Assembly (NCBI GenBank): GCA_036172245.1
Contig: JAYWIR010000030.1
Span: forward strand, 62,001-126,000
DNA: 64,000 nucleotides
From: Raillietiella orientalis
Lineage: Eukaryota
Direction of reading: 5' to 3'
The notes below the pieces were generated by a model. That model was not told the DNA's origin, searched no databases, and was given only the letters and a program-made list of their open reading frames with translations. Made by a program: the position numbers and the translations under genes. Below are positions 10,154 to 22,100 of the stretch, in pieces (within the stretch, counting starts at the first letter, position 1; each line of letters opens with the position of its first letter).

Positions 10154-13100
10154 GTAAAGCGAATTTCTTCTGCGGTTCGCCAGCCTCTCGGAGGAGGCCG
10201 CGACGTCTTTTCCGGAAACGCTTCCGGGAGCCCTCCCGCTCGCGTGCGCCGGGAACGAGCGCCTCGTGCCTTCCTGTGCCCTTGTCTCTGTGTGTGTGTG
10301 TATGGGCAAGGGAGTACCTCCCACCAGTCCGTCCTCCTGATCGGCGCCGAGTGACGGGCGGTTTCCTCTCCCGTGCCAACTGCCAGCGTGTCTCGAAAGC
10401 TTCCTCCACCCGCAACGGCTCGGTACTGATCGGCAACGACTCCCGGCTTCCTCGAGTCCCACACATTCGAAAATTCTCGGCGAGGTCCCTTCCTTCCTGG
10501 AAGTATCTGTAGCGATGCCGAGGCGGTTTCGCTCCCCGAGATTCTTCTTTGTTTTTTTTGTTGTCTTCGGAGGACCCCTTGCGCCTAAGAGGGGAAGAGG
10601 ACGGCGCATGCATCCATCGCGCGGTGGTCCGGCCGGCTTCTCTTGGTGGTCCTCAGCATCGGCACCGCTGAGACGAAACCCCGCGCTCTTCCCCTCTTCT
10701 CCTGCACCGCTTGCCTCCGTCGTCGTCGCGGCAGGTCATCTGGTCCTCACGACCAGAGTCGCTTCTTTGGCTGACTTGGTGTCCCGGTGATCCCCCGTCG
10801 TCAGTGCTCCCGGGAGGGCCCTATTCGAATGGAAGTGACGGGACAGATTTCCGCTTCCGGTTGACACGAAGTCCGGTTGGGTTTGGCTGGAGGTGGCGGC
10901 GGTCTTGGGATGGTTCGGTTTCTTCGTTCGGCAGTACCCCGAGGAGCAGGAAGGGCGCAGGGTAGACGTTAAAAAAAAAGAAAAAAACAAGGAGGAGCAG
11001 CGAATGGTGGACGATCGACAGCCACATCCGTGGAGGATCCCCCCGCGCTCGGTGGTCAAACTCCCAGTACCTCGACGCTCTTCCGGGGAGTGCCCCACCT
11101 GGTCCTTTAATCCACCAGGCACGGACCGCAAACTGCCTCCACGAGGCACACCGTCCACCCTGAAGGGGTGGTTTGGGCACCAACCGGGGTCCCTCTCCTC
11201 TCCTCGAGAAGTTGCTGTTTCCCTGACGGGGGGAAGTTCGCTCTCCGGAGTGCTGCCGACGCTCCACGCAGTGGCCTCGTGGGAGGTGGGGGCCTTCTGT
11301 CCTTTCTCGACGCTGAAGAAAGCTTTCAGATCGTCAGCGCCTCTCTCCATCCATCTTCTCCTCATCCATCTCTCCATCCCGACCTTTGGATCTGGCCCCG
11401 CAGCTCCGCATCCGTTATTCCCCCTACCTGCTGACGCGCCGCCGTGGAGGCAGAAGGGATGGGGGTAGCTCGGAAAGGAACTGCAGCGGGGAAGCTGCTC
11501 GGCCCAGGCGAAGGGGAGGCGGGGCGGTGTGGCGAGCAGGTCCCTCGCTGCGACCATGTGGTCGTCGCCGGTAGAAAGGCGTGCCGTCAGTGCAAGAAGC
11601 TCCCGACAGAAGAGGAGGTGCAGCCCCGGAAGAGACACCTGTCCTGCATCCGGTGCTGTGGCACTCTGCAACAGGCGTGACGCGTGACAGAGGGAGATGA
11701 GTGTGGGAGAGGGAGGGAAGGAACGCCTGTCCCCTGTTTTCTCGTTCCTTTGGGCCCCGCGCCCACCACGTTTCGCCTTCTCAATCGATCTCGAGGTGCT
11801 CCACGGATACCTCAGACATCTCTTTGCCGGCGTCTTTCCTTTTTCCCTTTACTTTTTCGCGTCTGTCTGTCCACTTGTCGACGGAACTTATCAAACTGCC
11901 GACACCGAGGTCTTCGCTTCTGAGCGATGCCTCTGTTGCCGTCTCACTCCCAGCTCGATTCCCCGCCTCGAGGACTTCTCAAGAAAGGAAGGAGGAAGAG
12001 GAGGATGATGAAGAAGGGAGGAGGCAAAGAAGAGGAAAGGACGAGGAGCAGCAGTAGCGGTTTCGGCTTTCCGTGTCGCTCTTCGTCGTGTATCTCGATC
12101 CCCGGCGAAGAACCGTGGCCGGAGCCGCGAGCGGGTGAGTGAACGCTGGAACAGTAGGCCCGGCCTGGTCGATTCTTCCACAGCAGAGGTCGGGCGCAGG
12201 AGTTCGGGAAAGTAGGGCTCGAGGGAAGCGGAAGGATGCACGTGTCCGTTTCTCGTACGATTGCCTAGTGGAGTTTGTCTCCAAGTAAATGTGCGAGTCC
12301 TGTTACGTCCTCCTGGAATAGGAAGTTTTCCAGATGTCGGTGCTCTGGCCAGCGCGGTCCACTTTGGCGATGGAGGGGTAAACAGAGCAAAAAATAAGGG
12401 AGTCAGTGTTGACCCTCCGGGAGGGAGGAGGGCTTTGGGAAGGGGTCGCTGTCCGGTGCGTGGCGCCGTGGATATTCTTCCCAGGATATCTGCTGCATAG
12501 GTCCTAGGCGGGGCCGTCTCGCTGCCATCCGCAGGAGGTGGGTGGCGAAGCTCATGGCATCCCTGTCGTTCCCGCCTCTTACGGTGTCCCTCCTCCAAGC
12601 CGCCATAGTGCCGCGAAGGCCGCAAGGAACCTCTGAGGAAGCGCATCTCTCACGAAGAGGCGTTTCATAGAGTCCCCTGAGGTCGCCCACCGGGATCCGA
12701 TAAGGACCAGAGGGCAATGCAGCCCACAGTCGAGTGCGGAAGAGAAATTCGCACCCTCCGCACCTGCAGCAGTTGGGGTCCAGCCTCCCTCCTTCCCTCC
12801 CCCTCCTCTGGGTCCAGTGGAACCGGCCAGCACTGCATGGGAGGCCCCAATGCAATGGCAGTAGAGCCAACCCCTACCACTTGATGAGGGAGGAAGACAG
12901 TTCAAGAAAGTCGCAGACTGCAGTCGATTTCTGGAGACGAGTTCAGGGAGTAGGTCCGTGAGGCAGGTCACTCGGGATCGAGGCGTCCGTCAGCTGACCC
13001 GCGGTCCAACCATCGAGCAGTTTCCTGTTCTCTTGCAAGAAGAAAAAAGGAGTTTCGTTCTTGCGCGCACCGAGCGGCTCGGGAGTGCTTCCCGTCCGCG

Positions 13101-16100
13101 TTGGTGCAACCTCCCCCAATGCCCTCCCCGCTGCCTCCAAAGCGAACTGCCGGCGTGCACAAAGAGTCCGCCTCTTTCTCCTGTGGCGGCGGAGGAGGAT
13201 CGCACGGACTGGCGGGCGCGACTGCTCCGCCTTCGCCTTCGCCTCCCATTACGCTCGGACACGGAGAGTCACCTCCATCCTCTCGGGGGGTAGGGCCATG
13301 GCCGCCATGGAGACGGGAGCGCGCGCGGAACGGGGGGGGGGAGAGACAAAAGAAAAGGAAATGCACATCTCCGGTTCGCTCTACCCGGCTGAACTAGACG
13401 TTCCCACGGGAGACGAGGAGGAGAGAAGACACGCAGCGTCGGGGACCCACGCGTGATTTCGGCGAGATGAGGCGCGCCTCCGCGGCAACCCCTTCTTCCG
13501 GCAGCCTCCGCGGCGTCTGAGAGCGACGGACTGTAATTGCCACTCCGATAATCGGAACAGATGAGGATGGCGAACCCGGCTAATGGTCGGCTCGATTAAA
13601 AAAAAAAAAAAAACGTCCATCAGCCTCCCGTTCGAAGGATGACGTAATCAGCAGCCTTTTTCCTCTCCCACCCCCTCTCTCTCTGGACAATTAACGGATC
13701 GTGATCCCCCCTTTTTATCGCACACTCACGTGCCAAATTCTGATGACAGTCGAGCGAGCAGTGAGAATCGTCACGCGGGAAGTAGGGCGCCGCCGTCGCC
13801 ACCGTTGCTCACGAAACTCATTTTCCCACTTTCGCATTGTTCTGGAATTCGCTTCCCAATTTTCCTCCTCCTCCTCCTCCTTCGCGTGGGACGGGTCGAG
13901 GAGGGGGAACGGGTGTGCGCCGGCAGCAGTTCGCCGCAACTCACGAGGCGCCGAGAGCACAGGACGCGTGTCGCCCCTATTGAGGACCGACCCGGAGCTC
14001 CTTCTCCCCCCTCCTTTCCGCCCATCATTCCCCTCCGGAGAGCCGGCGCACGTGAACCCGAGAGTCGCCGTGGAAACGGCGCGCCGAGCTCGCGTATCCC
14101 GCGCGTAGTAGTTCCGTGCCCGCTTCTAACAGCCAGGACATCGCTCTGGAAGTCCGAGCACGAGACCACCGTAGGTCAGCTCCACCGTCGACTTGTCCCT
14201 CCAGTGCTGCCAATCACCAGCCGACTCACCTAAGCAGATTCCTGGAGGAAGCAGACCTCGGGGTGTGCCGCCCCGACACCTGAGATATCAGAGAGAAAGC
14301 CGCGAAAATCCTTCCCTAGAGCATCCAGGGCAAAGTACCACCGGCCAGCAGCCGCGGAGAGTCCACCGACGCGGGGAGTTCTTGCACGAACGACCGTTGC
14401 ACCCTCTCGATGGCGTGCGCCGCGTCACTTGCAGAAAACGCCCCGAGCAACAACTCCTCGGTTGCAAGGAAAGTCGGGACTTTTTTGTCTTTCTGGATGG
14501 ATGCACCCGCAACTGGAGCGCTCGCGGGTATGCTCTCGTGGGTGTGGTCGCACGCTTTTATCTCCCCCCCCCCCCCCCCACCGTTGGTCCGTCGGCATTT
14601 CGGGGGCATGCGCTCTCGAGTTCAGCGATTGCCTAGCAAGGCTCAGCAGCCTATTCTTCCCTCCTGCTTCGGAGGACACCCGTCCCGTGCCACCCCCTCG
14701 AATCCCCGAGCCGGTTCCAAACTGACTGCGTCCGCGGCAACCGAAACTCCTCAACGGCAGCTCCCTTGCTGCCGTCTCCTCGGGTTGCGGATTGGTTGCC
14801 AGCATTCCCGTTCGAGAAACAGGGCGGACATCTCCGCGCATCCCGCCCTCGGCCATCGTGGTCCCTCCAGCTTGCGTGGTCACCGGCCGCGCGGGGCGTC
14901 ATCTCAAGAGACCGCTCTCGCCCTCCCGAGATGCAGGCCGCGCGCCTGCCCCTCTGCGGTCCGAGGTCCCTCCCTCCTCCCGCGGGACGACTTTGGTAGG
15001 CTCATTCGGATGCGGTGGCACTGGGGGCAAGCCGGATGCCCCCGTGGACTTGCCGGGATCGAAAATTGACCTTCCGAGGTCCCTTCCAGGTAACAAGGAG
15101 CCCTCCGGTTGTGCAAACGGAACCGTCTGGTCGATCCCTCCCGTTCCATGGAGCTGGTCGATGACCCCCTCGAGGGGTTGCCTCTCCAGAGTGTTACAGC
15201 TGCTCCCTTCGGGGTTCTCTTCGGAGGAGGAAACGGGGACCGATCCTCTTGCGGGTGCTCCTCGGAGAAGAAGTGAGCAGCGACCCACGCAAGCTGGGAG
15301 TCCCTCCGGAGAGAATAGGGAGAGGGTTTCCTCTGGGGTTCCCCTACCAAGAGTAGGAGGAGCGAATTCCTTCCTCCGGAGCCTCCCTGGGTTCATGGGT
15401 TGGTCCTTCCGGGGTCACCTCCCACAACTTGAAGAGCTGACCCGCACCCTCGGGTGGCGTGGGCAGTGCTAAAGAAGAGCTTCGTGTGCCCTCCCTAAGG
15501 AGGCGAGAGATTCTTCATCACTTGGAGGAACGGGAAAGCGCGGGGGATGCTCACCTTCATCAGGCTCCGAAGAGAGCCCTCCACCGCCGCCGGGCCAGCG
15601 TGGATGGGAGAGGGTCCAAAGTGGTCCTGCAGATCCCCTCTGCCCGACACTGTTCCTCCCCATCCTCCCCCGTGGAGAATACCGTGAGGCTCGGCTTGAT
15701 GGCTCCGTCGGGATGGCATCCGGGTGGCAGGCACTGGGCGCTCCTCCGCCCCGCCTCGGGAGGTGGCGCGGGAGGCTGGGTCCACATCGTTCACGCGCAA
15801 GAATTCGGAACGAGCAGCGAACCCTGAGTTCGAAGCGAGCCGAAGGTCAGGTGGAGGAAGGGACTCTTCCTCTCTGGGACGGAAACTCCGCCGGGGACCA
15901 CTGCCACCTCCGCCCTTCGCGGTGGTTGGGCGGAACGCGAGCGGAGGAGGCAGCAAGGGAGAGGACAAGCCTGGAAGTCTCGCGGCGCGCCGGTGCCCCC
16001 GGGGCTCTTGCTCTCGTTTTTCTCCCTGGCTGCTCAAGAGGGGGGCAGAGGGTGCTCGCGGCTTTTCCCCACGGAGGTCTAGGAGGCGCAACCTCGCGGT

Positions 16101-19100
16101 CCGCAGCTGCCGCTCCTCGGGGAACTCCCTTGGGTGCGCATCACAAATTTTGTCCCTGACCACGTTCGGATTGGCCTCCCGTGCTTTGCTTGGGGACTGC
16201 GTGCCGGCCGGACCACCCCTGAACATCCAGCCCTCGCTTGCCCTTCAGGCACGAAAACCCAAACAGGGAACACCCTCTCGTAGAATCCTCCAGGACACAC
16301 CCGCCAGGCTCCGCTGGACCGAAGGGGAGGCAGGGGGCAAGAGGAACCTGACTTGGCCGAACGGCGCTGTTCGCTCAGTATCGCACCGCGCTCTACTGTA
16401 GGATATCACCATAGAGACGCGAACTGTGGACGAGGAAAGGAGGGCATGCGATTTTCCTTTGATTTTGTCCTGACCAGGAGCTCTTCTGGGAACACTGTAC
16501 CACGGCGCAATCGCCCCATGACTTGGCTGGGGTTGCACCAAGGGATGCTTCCCTGCGTGGGACTGCTCAAGAACCGCCCGCCTTGGGTGATGGGGGGAGG
16601 GGTGGCACGAATCTCTTTAAACACCGTCCACGACACACGAGGGTGGGTGTTAACTCTTCATGTTAAGGGGTGCCCCGAAGGACCACTCGATGAATCCAAG
16701 GAGGTTCCGGAGAAACGAGTCCGCCCCTCTTACGCCTGGTAGCGGAAACACGAACTGAACTTCCTCCCTTGCTCTCCCCGGAGGGAACCCCAGTTTGTGT
16801 GAGCCGCTTCCATTTCTTCTCCGAAGGGAACCCGAAAAGGATCGGCTCCTTCCTAACTCCTCTAAAGAGAACCCCGAAAGGACACTTCCCAGTTTCTCTG
16901 AAGGGTCTCTCCCTGAAGGGAGCAGCGCGCCTCTGGAGAGGCAACCCTCGAAGGGGGACGTCAACCAGCCCCACGGAACGAGATGGATCAACCAGACGGC
17001 TCCATTCTCACAACTGGAAGGGAACCCCGAAGGACTCCTTGATTCCTGGAAGGACCCCGGAGGGTCAACCAGTCGACCTTCCAATCCCGGCCGGTCAGCG
17101 GGCGCATCCGGCTTCCGTTAATGACCACCCCCGTAGCCTACAGACCAACCAGCGCCATCCACGACACACAACTTTGTCGGCATTAATCCTTGCCCGGGTG
17201 GGATTCGAACCCGCGACTCATGGTACCACGTGCGGAGACCGCATCCGTTCGATATCGTTCTCCGTTCCCACGAGTCGTGGAACGGAGAACGACGACTCGA
17301 TAGAATTTCTACTGGGTGGAACGACGACTCAATGGAAGGACTCGATAGAACGATGACTGGGTAGAGCTCGAAAGCCTTCTTCTCGAACTTGACCTTGAGC
17401 CGCTCGTGCCCATGGTTGGACTGGGTGGAACCCGATCGACGGAACGAAGGTGGCGCGCTCCTGTCCGGGTGCCGTTCCCGCTAAGGTGTGTTCGGGATCG
17501 TTGGCTGGGGACAGATTTCCCGGGAAAGGCAGCGAGCGTCCCCAGGGACCGGGCCTTCGCCCGCCCCGAACTCGAAGGCAAGTAAGGCCTGCTCCGGCCC
17601 ACGGTCCACTCGCGGACCGCTCTTATTAAGCACTTCTTGCATGGAGAATTCACCGCCATAAATCAGCAACTGACAGTGGGACAAAAGAAACAAGCGAGCC
17701 CGTGGAGACGGGGTCGGAGCTCAAGGGCCTGAGGAGCCCAGGTCCAGCCGAGGTGTGCGCATGGCGCCACTCCTCGCAGTTCCGAGGCAGGCGGTCTGCT
17801 GCTGCCGGTGGTCTTCGCGTTCTTCAAGGCGCTCCGGAGGTCTCGCACCTTGAGGCAGGAAAGCGAGGAAATCTTCCCGTGCCCTTCCGTCCCGGGGAGG
17901 AATTTTCCTGCGCGATGAGGGAAGCTCTTCCCCGCTCGCAGCCGGCGGTTCGACAGCGGCCACATGGACGCTTTCAATCCATGGTTGCCGGGAGCACCGC
18001 GGAGCGGGCGTCACCCGTCCCCGTCACGCACTCCTGGGGCTGCCCACAGGCAACGCGCGCTGCTGGGCATGTTCCTACCTGCTCCATGGCGATGGCTGCG
18101 TGCTGAATAAGGCCAACACTTCGTGTTGGTGTTGCGAAGTAAATTCGCAGGCGAATTCCCCCCTCCCTCCCTCCCGCCACAGATGGCGAGCGGCATTTTA
18201 CTTCGAAAGATTTCCGTCTTTTCGAATCTCTTCACCCACCCATTTCACTTCTTGCGGTTGGCGTTACGGGTGGTAACCAACACCAGAATTGGGGCTTCCT
18301 GGTGGAAACGGTGGTGGGGAGCTTGGTGCTACCACTGGTGTACACATCACGTGCATCTCGCACATGTGCATTCCATTAATTAACCGGAGGCGTCACGGGA
18401 GCGCCAATCAAAATCCCGAAGGATCTTAAGATTTAAACCCATATGCCCATTCTGCATAGGTCATATGTGTGTGAGTATATATACATATATACATGTGCAC
18501 GCACATATATATAAATATGAATACATACATGTATGTATATAATAAGCATATACATGTTTATTTTTAATAATCATGATATATGTTGATCCGTACATTAATC
18601 TTTATATACATATATGTATATTGAGCATATGTATTCTTTTATGATCTTCATGATATATGTTAATCAATATATTCATCTTCATATAAATATGTATATCAGT
18701 ACATGTCATAAGCATATACATTTATATATATATATTGTATTGATATACATATTATATATATATGTATATGTATATATATGTAGGGAGCGTCTCCGGCGTC
18801 CTTTGATATACATGTCATGTGCATATACATTTATTTTTTATGATCTTCATGATATGTGTTAATCCATACATAAATCTCTACATGTATGGTATATAATACG
18901 CATATATATTTATTTTTTGTAATCTTTAGTATATATATCTACAATGTAAGCAGCAACTTATTTATTTATTAACTAAATATGTGCCACTCGGTCTTAAATA
19001 TATCTGCTGCAATAATACTGCTGTTAATAGTATGTATGTTAATGGCCGTTCATATTAAAATAAATCTGTATATTAATCTATGTAGAGTGGACAAACGTAT

Positions 19101-22100
19101 TTATTAATGGTCTTTCGGAATTTCGAACCCCCCTGCGTCACTGCCACCGTATAGCACCAATGCATGTACATCATGTTTTGTGTATTTGTATTCACATTCG
19201 CATGTGTACCTATCGATCTGCATTTATGTGAGTGTATACGCGTAGGTGCGGTGCATTCAGGCACCCTATTCATTCGATGTCTTTTATCTTTGACACGCAG
19301 CTTCATGTGCCGCCTGCATGCAACGCAGGAATTGTACACCACATCGTGTGCACGTCACGCGTATGCATTCCGTACAGCACAGCAGCTGATGGGGCAGGCA
19401 GTCGCCTTCGTGGCATCCTGGCCGGTGTACGCCGTCCGGATGCCACGAGGGCCTTGGTGGACCGCAAGCAGATGGAAAACGTGTTTTCCAGCTTCCGCGG
19501 TTCCTTGAGCGAGATGCAGGGATTCCAAGAGTGAGCGCTCCTTTGCGCCGAAGTGATGCTTTTTTTAAATTGTGCACGGAAAGGTTCGGGCGCGTTTAAA
19601 AGTGTCCTCGCATTCCCACAAAAAGGCTCATCTCTCATGACGAGCATTTCAGGGACGCTACTGGTCTGAAGAATAGAAACATCGACACGCCCATCTCGCT
19701 CACGCACGCAGCGTGCATTTTCAGGCGATTTAAAAATAGAACGGTTTTTCTTTTCCTTTCTTTTCCTCCTTCCTGTGTGGATAAAGAAGAGACGAGGAGA
19801 GCTTCCCTCGTATCGGGAAGAATCCCGAAATCGCGACGGTTTGGATCAGAGGAACGGGTGCGACTTCGGGCAGCACGCTGCAGTCACACCTAAGCGTGTC
19901 ACGTGCGTGGACCAGCTCCTGGTCCAAGAGGCAGGGAAGACGCGCTTGCGCAGCTCGGTGTGGCGGTTCCTGACGACGTGCCCACTCGAGCACCTTTTTT
20001 TTGAAGGAAGGGGAAGATTCCTCTCTGCTGTCATCTGGACCGTTGGCAAGGACACGGGCCTCCTCTTCAACAGGAATGCCCGCACGTTCCGTTCGTCGGA
20101 TCGCAACCTCCCGGGTGCCTTCACATCGGACCGCACCCACAGCAAAGACCGCGCTCGCGGTCGTGGACCGGAAACGCGGTTCACACTTCGAGTTCGCTTT
20201 GGCGCCGTCCACGTCGTACCGGTCCCTCTGGTGCCTGTCCCTGGACCCTCGGAACGAACCCGTTTGCTTCAGACGTTGCCACGGAGACGCCGGTTCCCTT
20301 CCGTGAGCTGCTCAGAGCACTGGGCTCGCTGTCGCACGTTCCAGGCTCGCCCCTCTGGTAGCGGATTCCCCGTTTTTCTCCCTCAATCCCCTTGGCGTTT
20401 AGATTTGGAATCCGCGATGAAGAATGCATCCCTCGGTGAGATGCCTTCTCGCCGGATCGATGAAGCCCTCGGGGCCTTTTTCCAGTGAGCTGCTTTTTTC
20501 GTACCGCTCAACTCGTTGCTGATCGGTTGCCTCGGGAGAGGGGGGGGGGGGGGATTTCCTTGTCCTGCTCCGAGTCTTCGAGTTGCGGCTTTATGTTCAT
20601 CCCCGCGCCGCTCCGCTCCTTCTGTTCCTGGACTCAGAGGCGTTTTTAACCTTCCTTAGCGGAGCCTGGATGTCTGGAGCCGTTCCCTTCGATTCAGATG
20701 GGTAGACATACCTGCCCATCGTCCATGGGACCTCCGTGAGACCTCCGCGAAGAGGAAGCTTCTTACAGGGACTGCTAGGGCCGCGAACCGAGGGCGAAGG
20801 GATCAACGGGGAAAAAGTGAATGCAGAGGCGCGCTGCTTCTGGCGAGAAAAATAGAGACTGCCAGTGACCTCGGTCAGCTCTGAGGAGGCCGGTTCGAGT
20901 CTCAGGGATCTCGTTAGATCGTCTCCCGGGGGTACCCGTGAGTGGATGGAATCGCGGACGACTCCCGAAACGGCCGTCGGGCTGGTCCAGTCATCGGGAA
21001 CTAGCGGCGGCTGCTTCTCTTGGGGAGACGCGCCGGACCGAAACGCAGCGGGGGGACCCGTGGAGACTGGCGCCTGGGTTTTGGGGGGCGCAGGCGTTGC
21101 GGAGAGCTCCCCTTGATACGCGGCGGGCGCACACGCGAGCCACCGAGCGAAAGGGACAGGAAGCGCGCCACTCTCCCCCTCTTTCTCTTCCAGGTCTACT
21201 GCAAGGTGGAGGACGAGCACGGGGGTATGCAGTGCGGGATCTGCGACTCCAGCAGCCCAGATCCCCAGAAGAGGCACGGCATCTACAACATAGTCGGAGG
21301 GAACAGCGACTGGTGGCAAAGCCCCACTCTGGAAAACGGAGACCAATACGAGTGGGTCACCATGACGTTCGACCTGCATCAGGTAACTCGGTCGTTCCTT
21401 TGCCGCCTCACTGATCCGCGGTGACCCTTCGTCCACTGGGGATCCCACTCTTCCTCCCGGAATTATCCCCCGTCGCTTCCTGCCTAGCGAACCGCGCTCA
21501 CCTAGAGCGCGGTCGTTTCCGATCGGAAGTGACCTCGGTGGCCTAATTCTGGGGTCTTTCCCTGCTAACTCCCTTCCTTCGCCGCGCACCCCTTCGAGTG
21601 GAAGGCACGGCATGCCTCCCTCCCGGACTAGGAACCCGTGAGTTCTCGAAGGCGGTAAAAGAGTTTTCCCAGAGACGGTGAGCGCGAGGGGAGGAGGGAG
21701 AGGGGCGGGGGGCGAAGCGGAGGCGAGAAGAGGCAATCCCGTCGCGCCTTCTCTTATCCCCACGAAAAAGCATCCGTGGGAACAGGAGGGCGCGCACAGT
21801 GCGACCACGGTCTCTCGTGCATTCCCTCGGGCGCTCCCCGGGTCGTTCCGCTCCGCTGGCACTGCTGTTTCCTTCGCTCCTCCTTAGCGCTCTCCCACCC
21901 TCGGTGGGTCTTTTGGGCTCGCTCCGCGCCCCTTTCGCCTTTCCTTTTCCTTCCCCCCCCTTGGCCTCCTCTCTCTCGTCCACGGATGCTCTCGTTATCT
22001 CGGAAGAGCATCTGCTCCTTGCGAACCTTCTCACGCTCCGTCGGTCAGACCGACGGCGATCTTCCGTGCGCCTCCCGCCGCAGACGCGCCGGCCCGCGGA

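Noticed and set aside
17190..17247. Functional tRNA gene (also at ~50105-50180, ~53690-53740, ~57260-57330)
   Set aside because: B-box present but no complete cloverleaf or T-run terminator; each continues into the same repeat body, so these are SINE heads.
17270..17370. Short repeats GAACGACGACTC suggesting an array
   Set aside because: Only 3-4 irregular copies; local slippage, not CRISPR-like, in a eukaryotic context.
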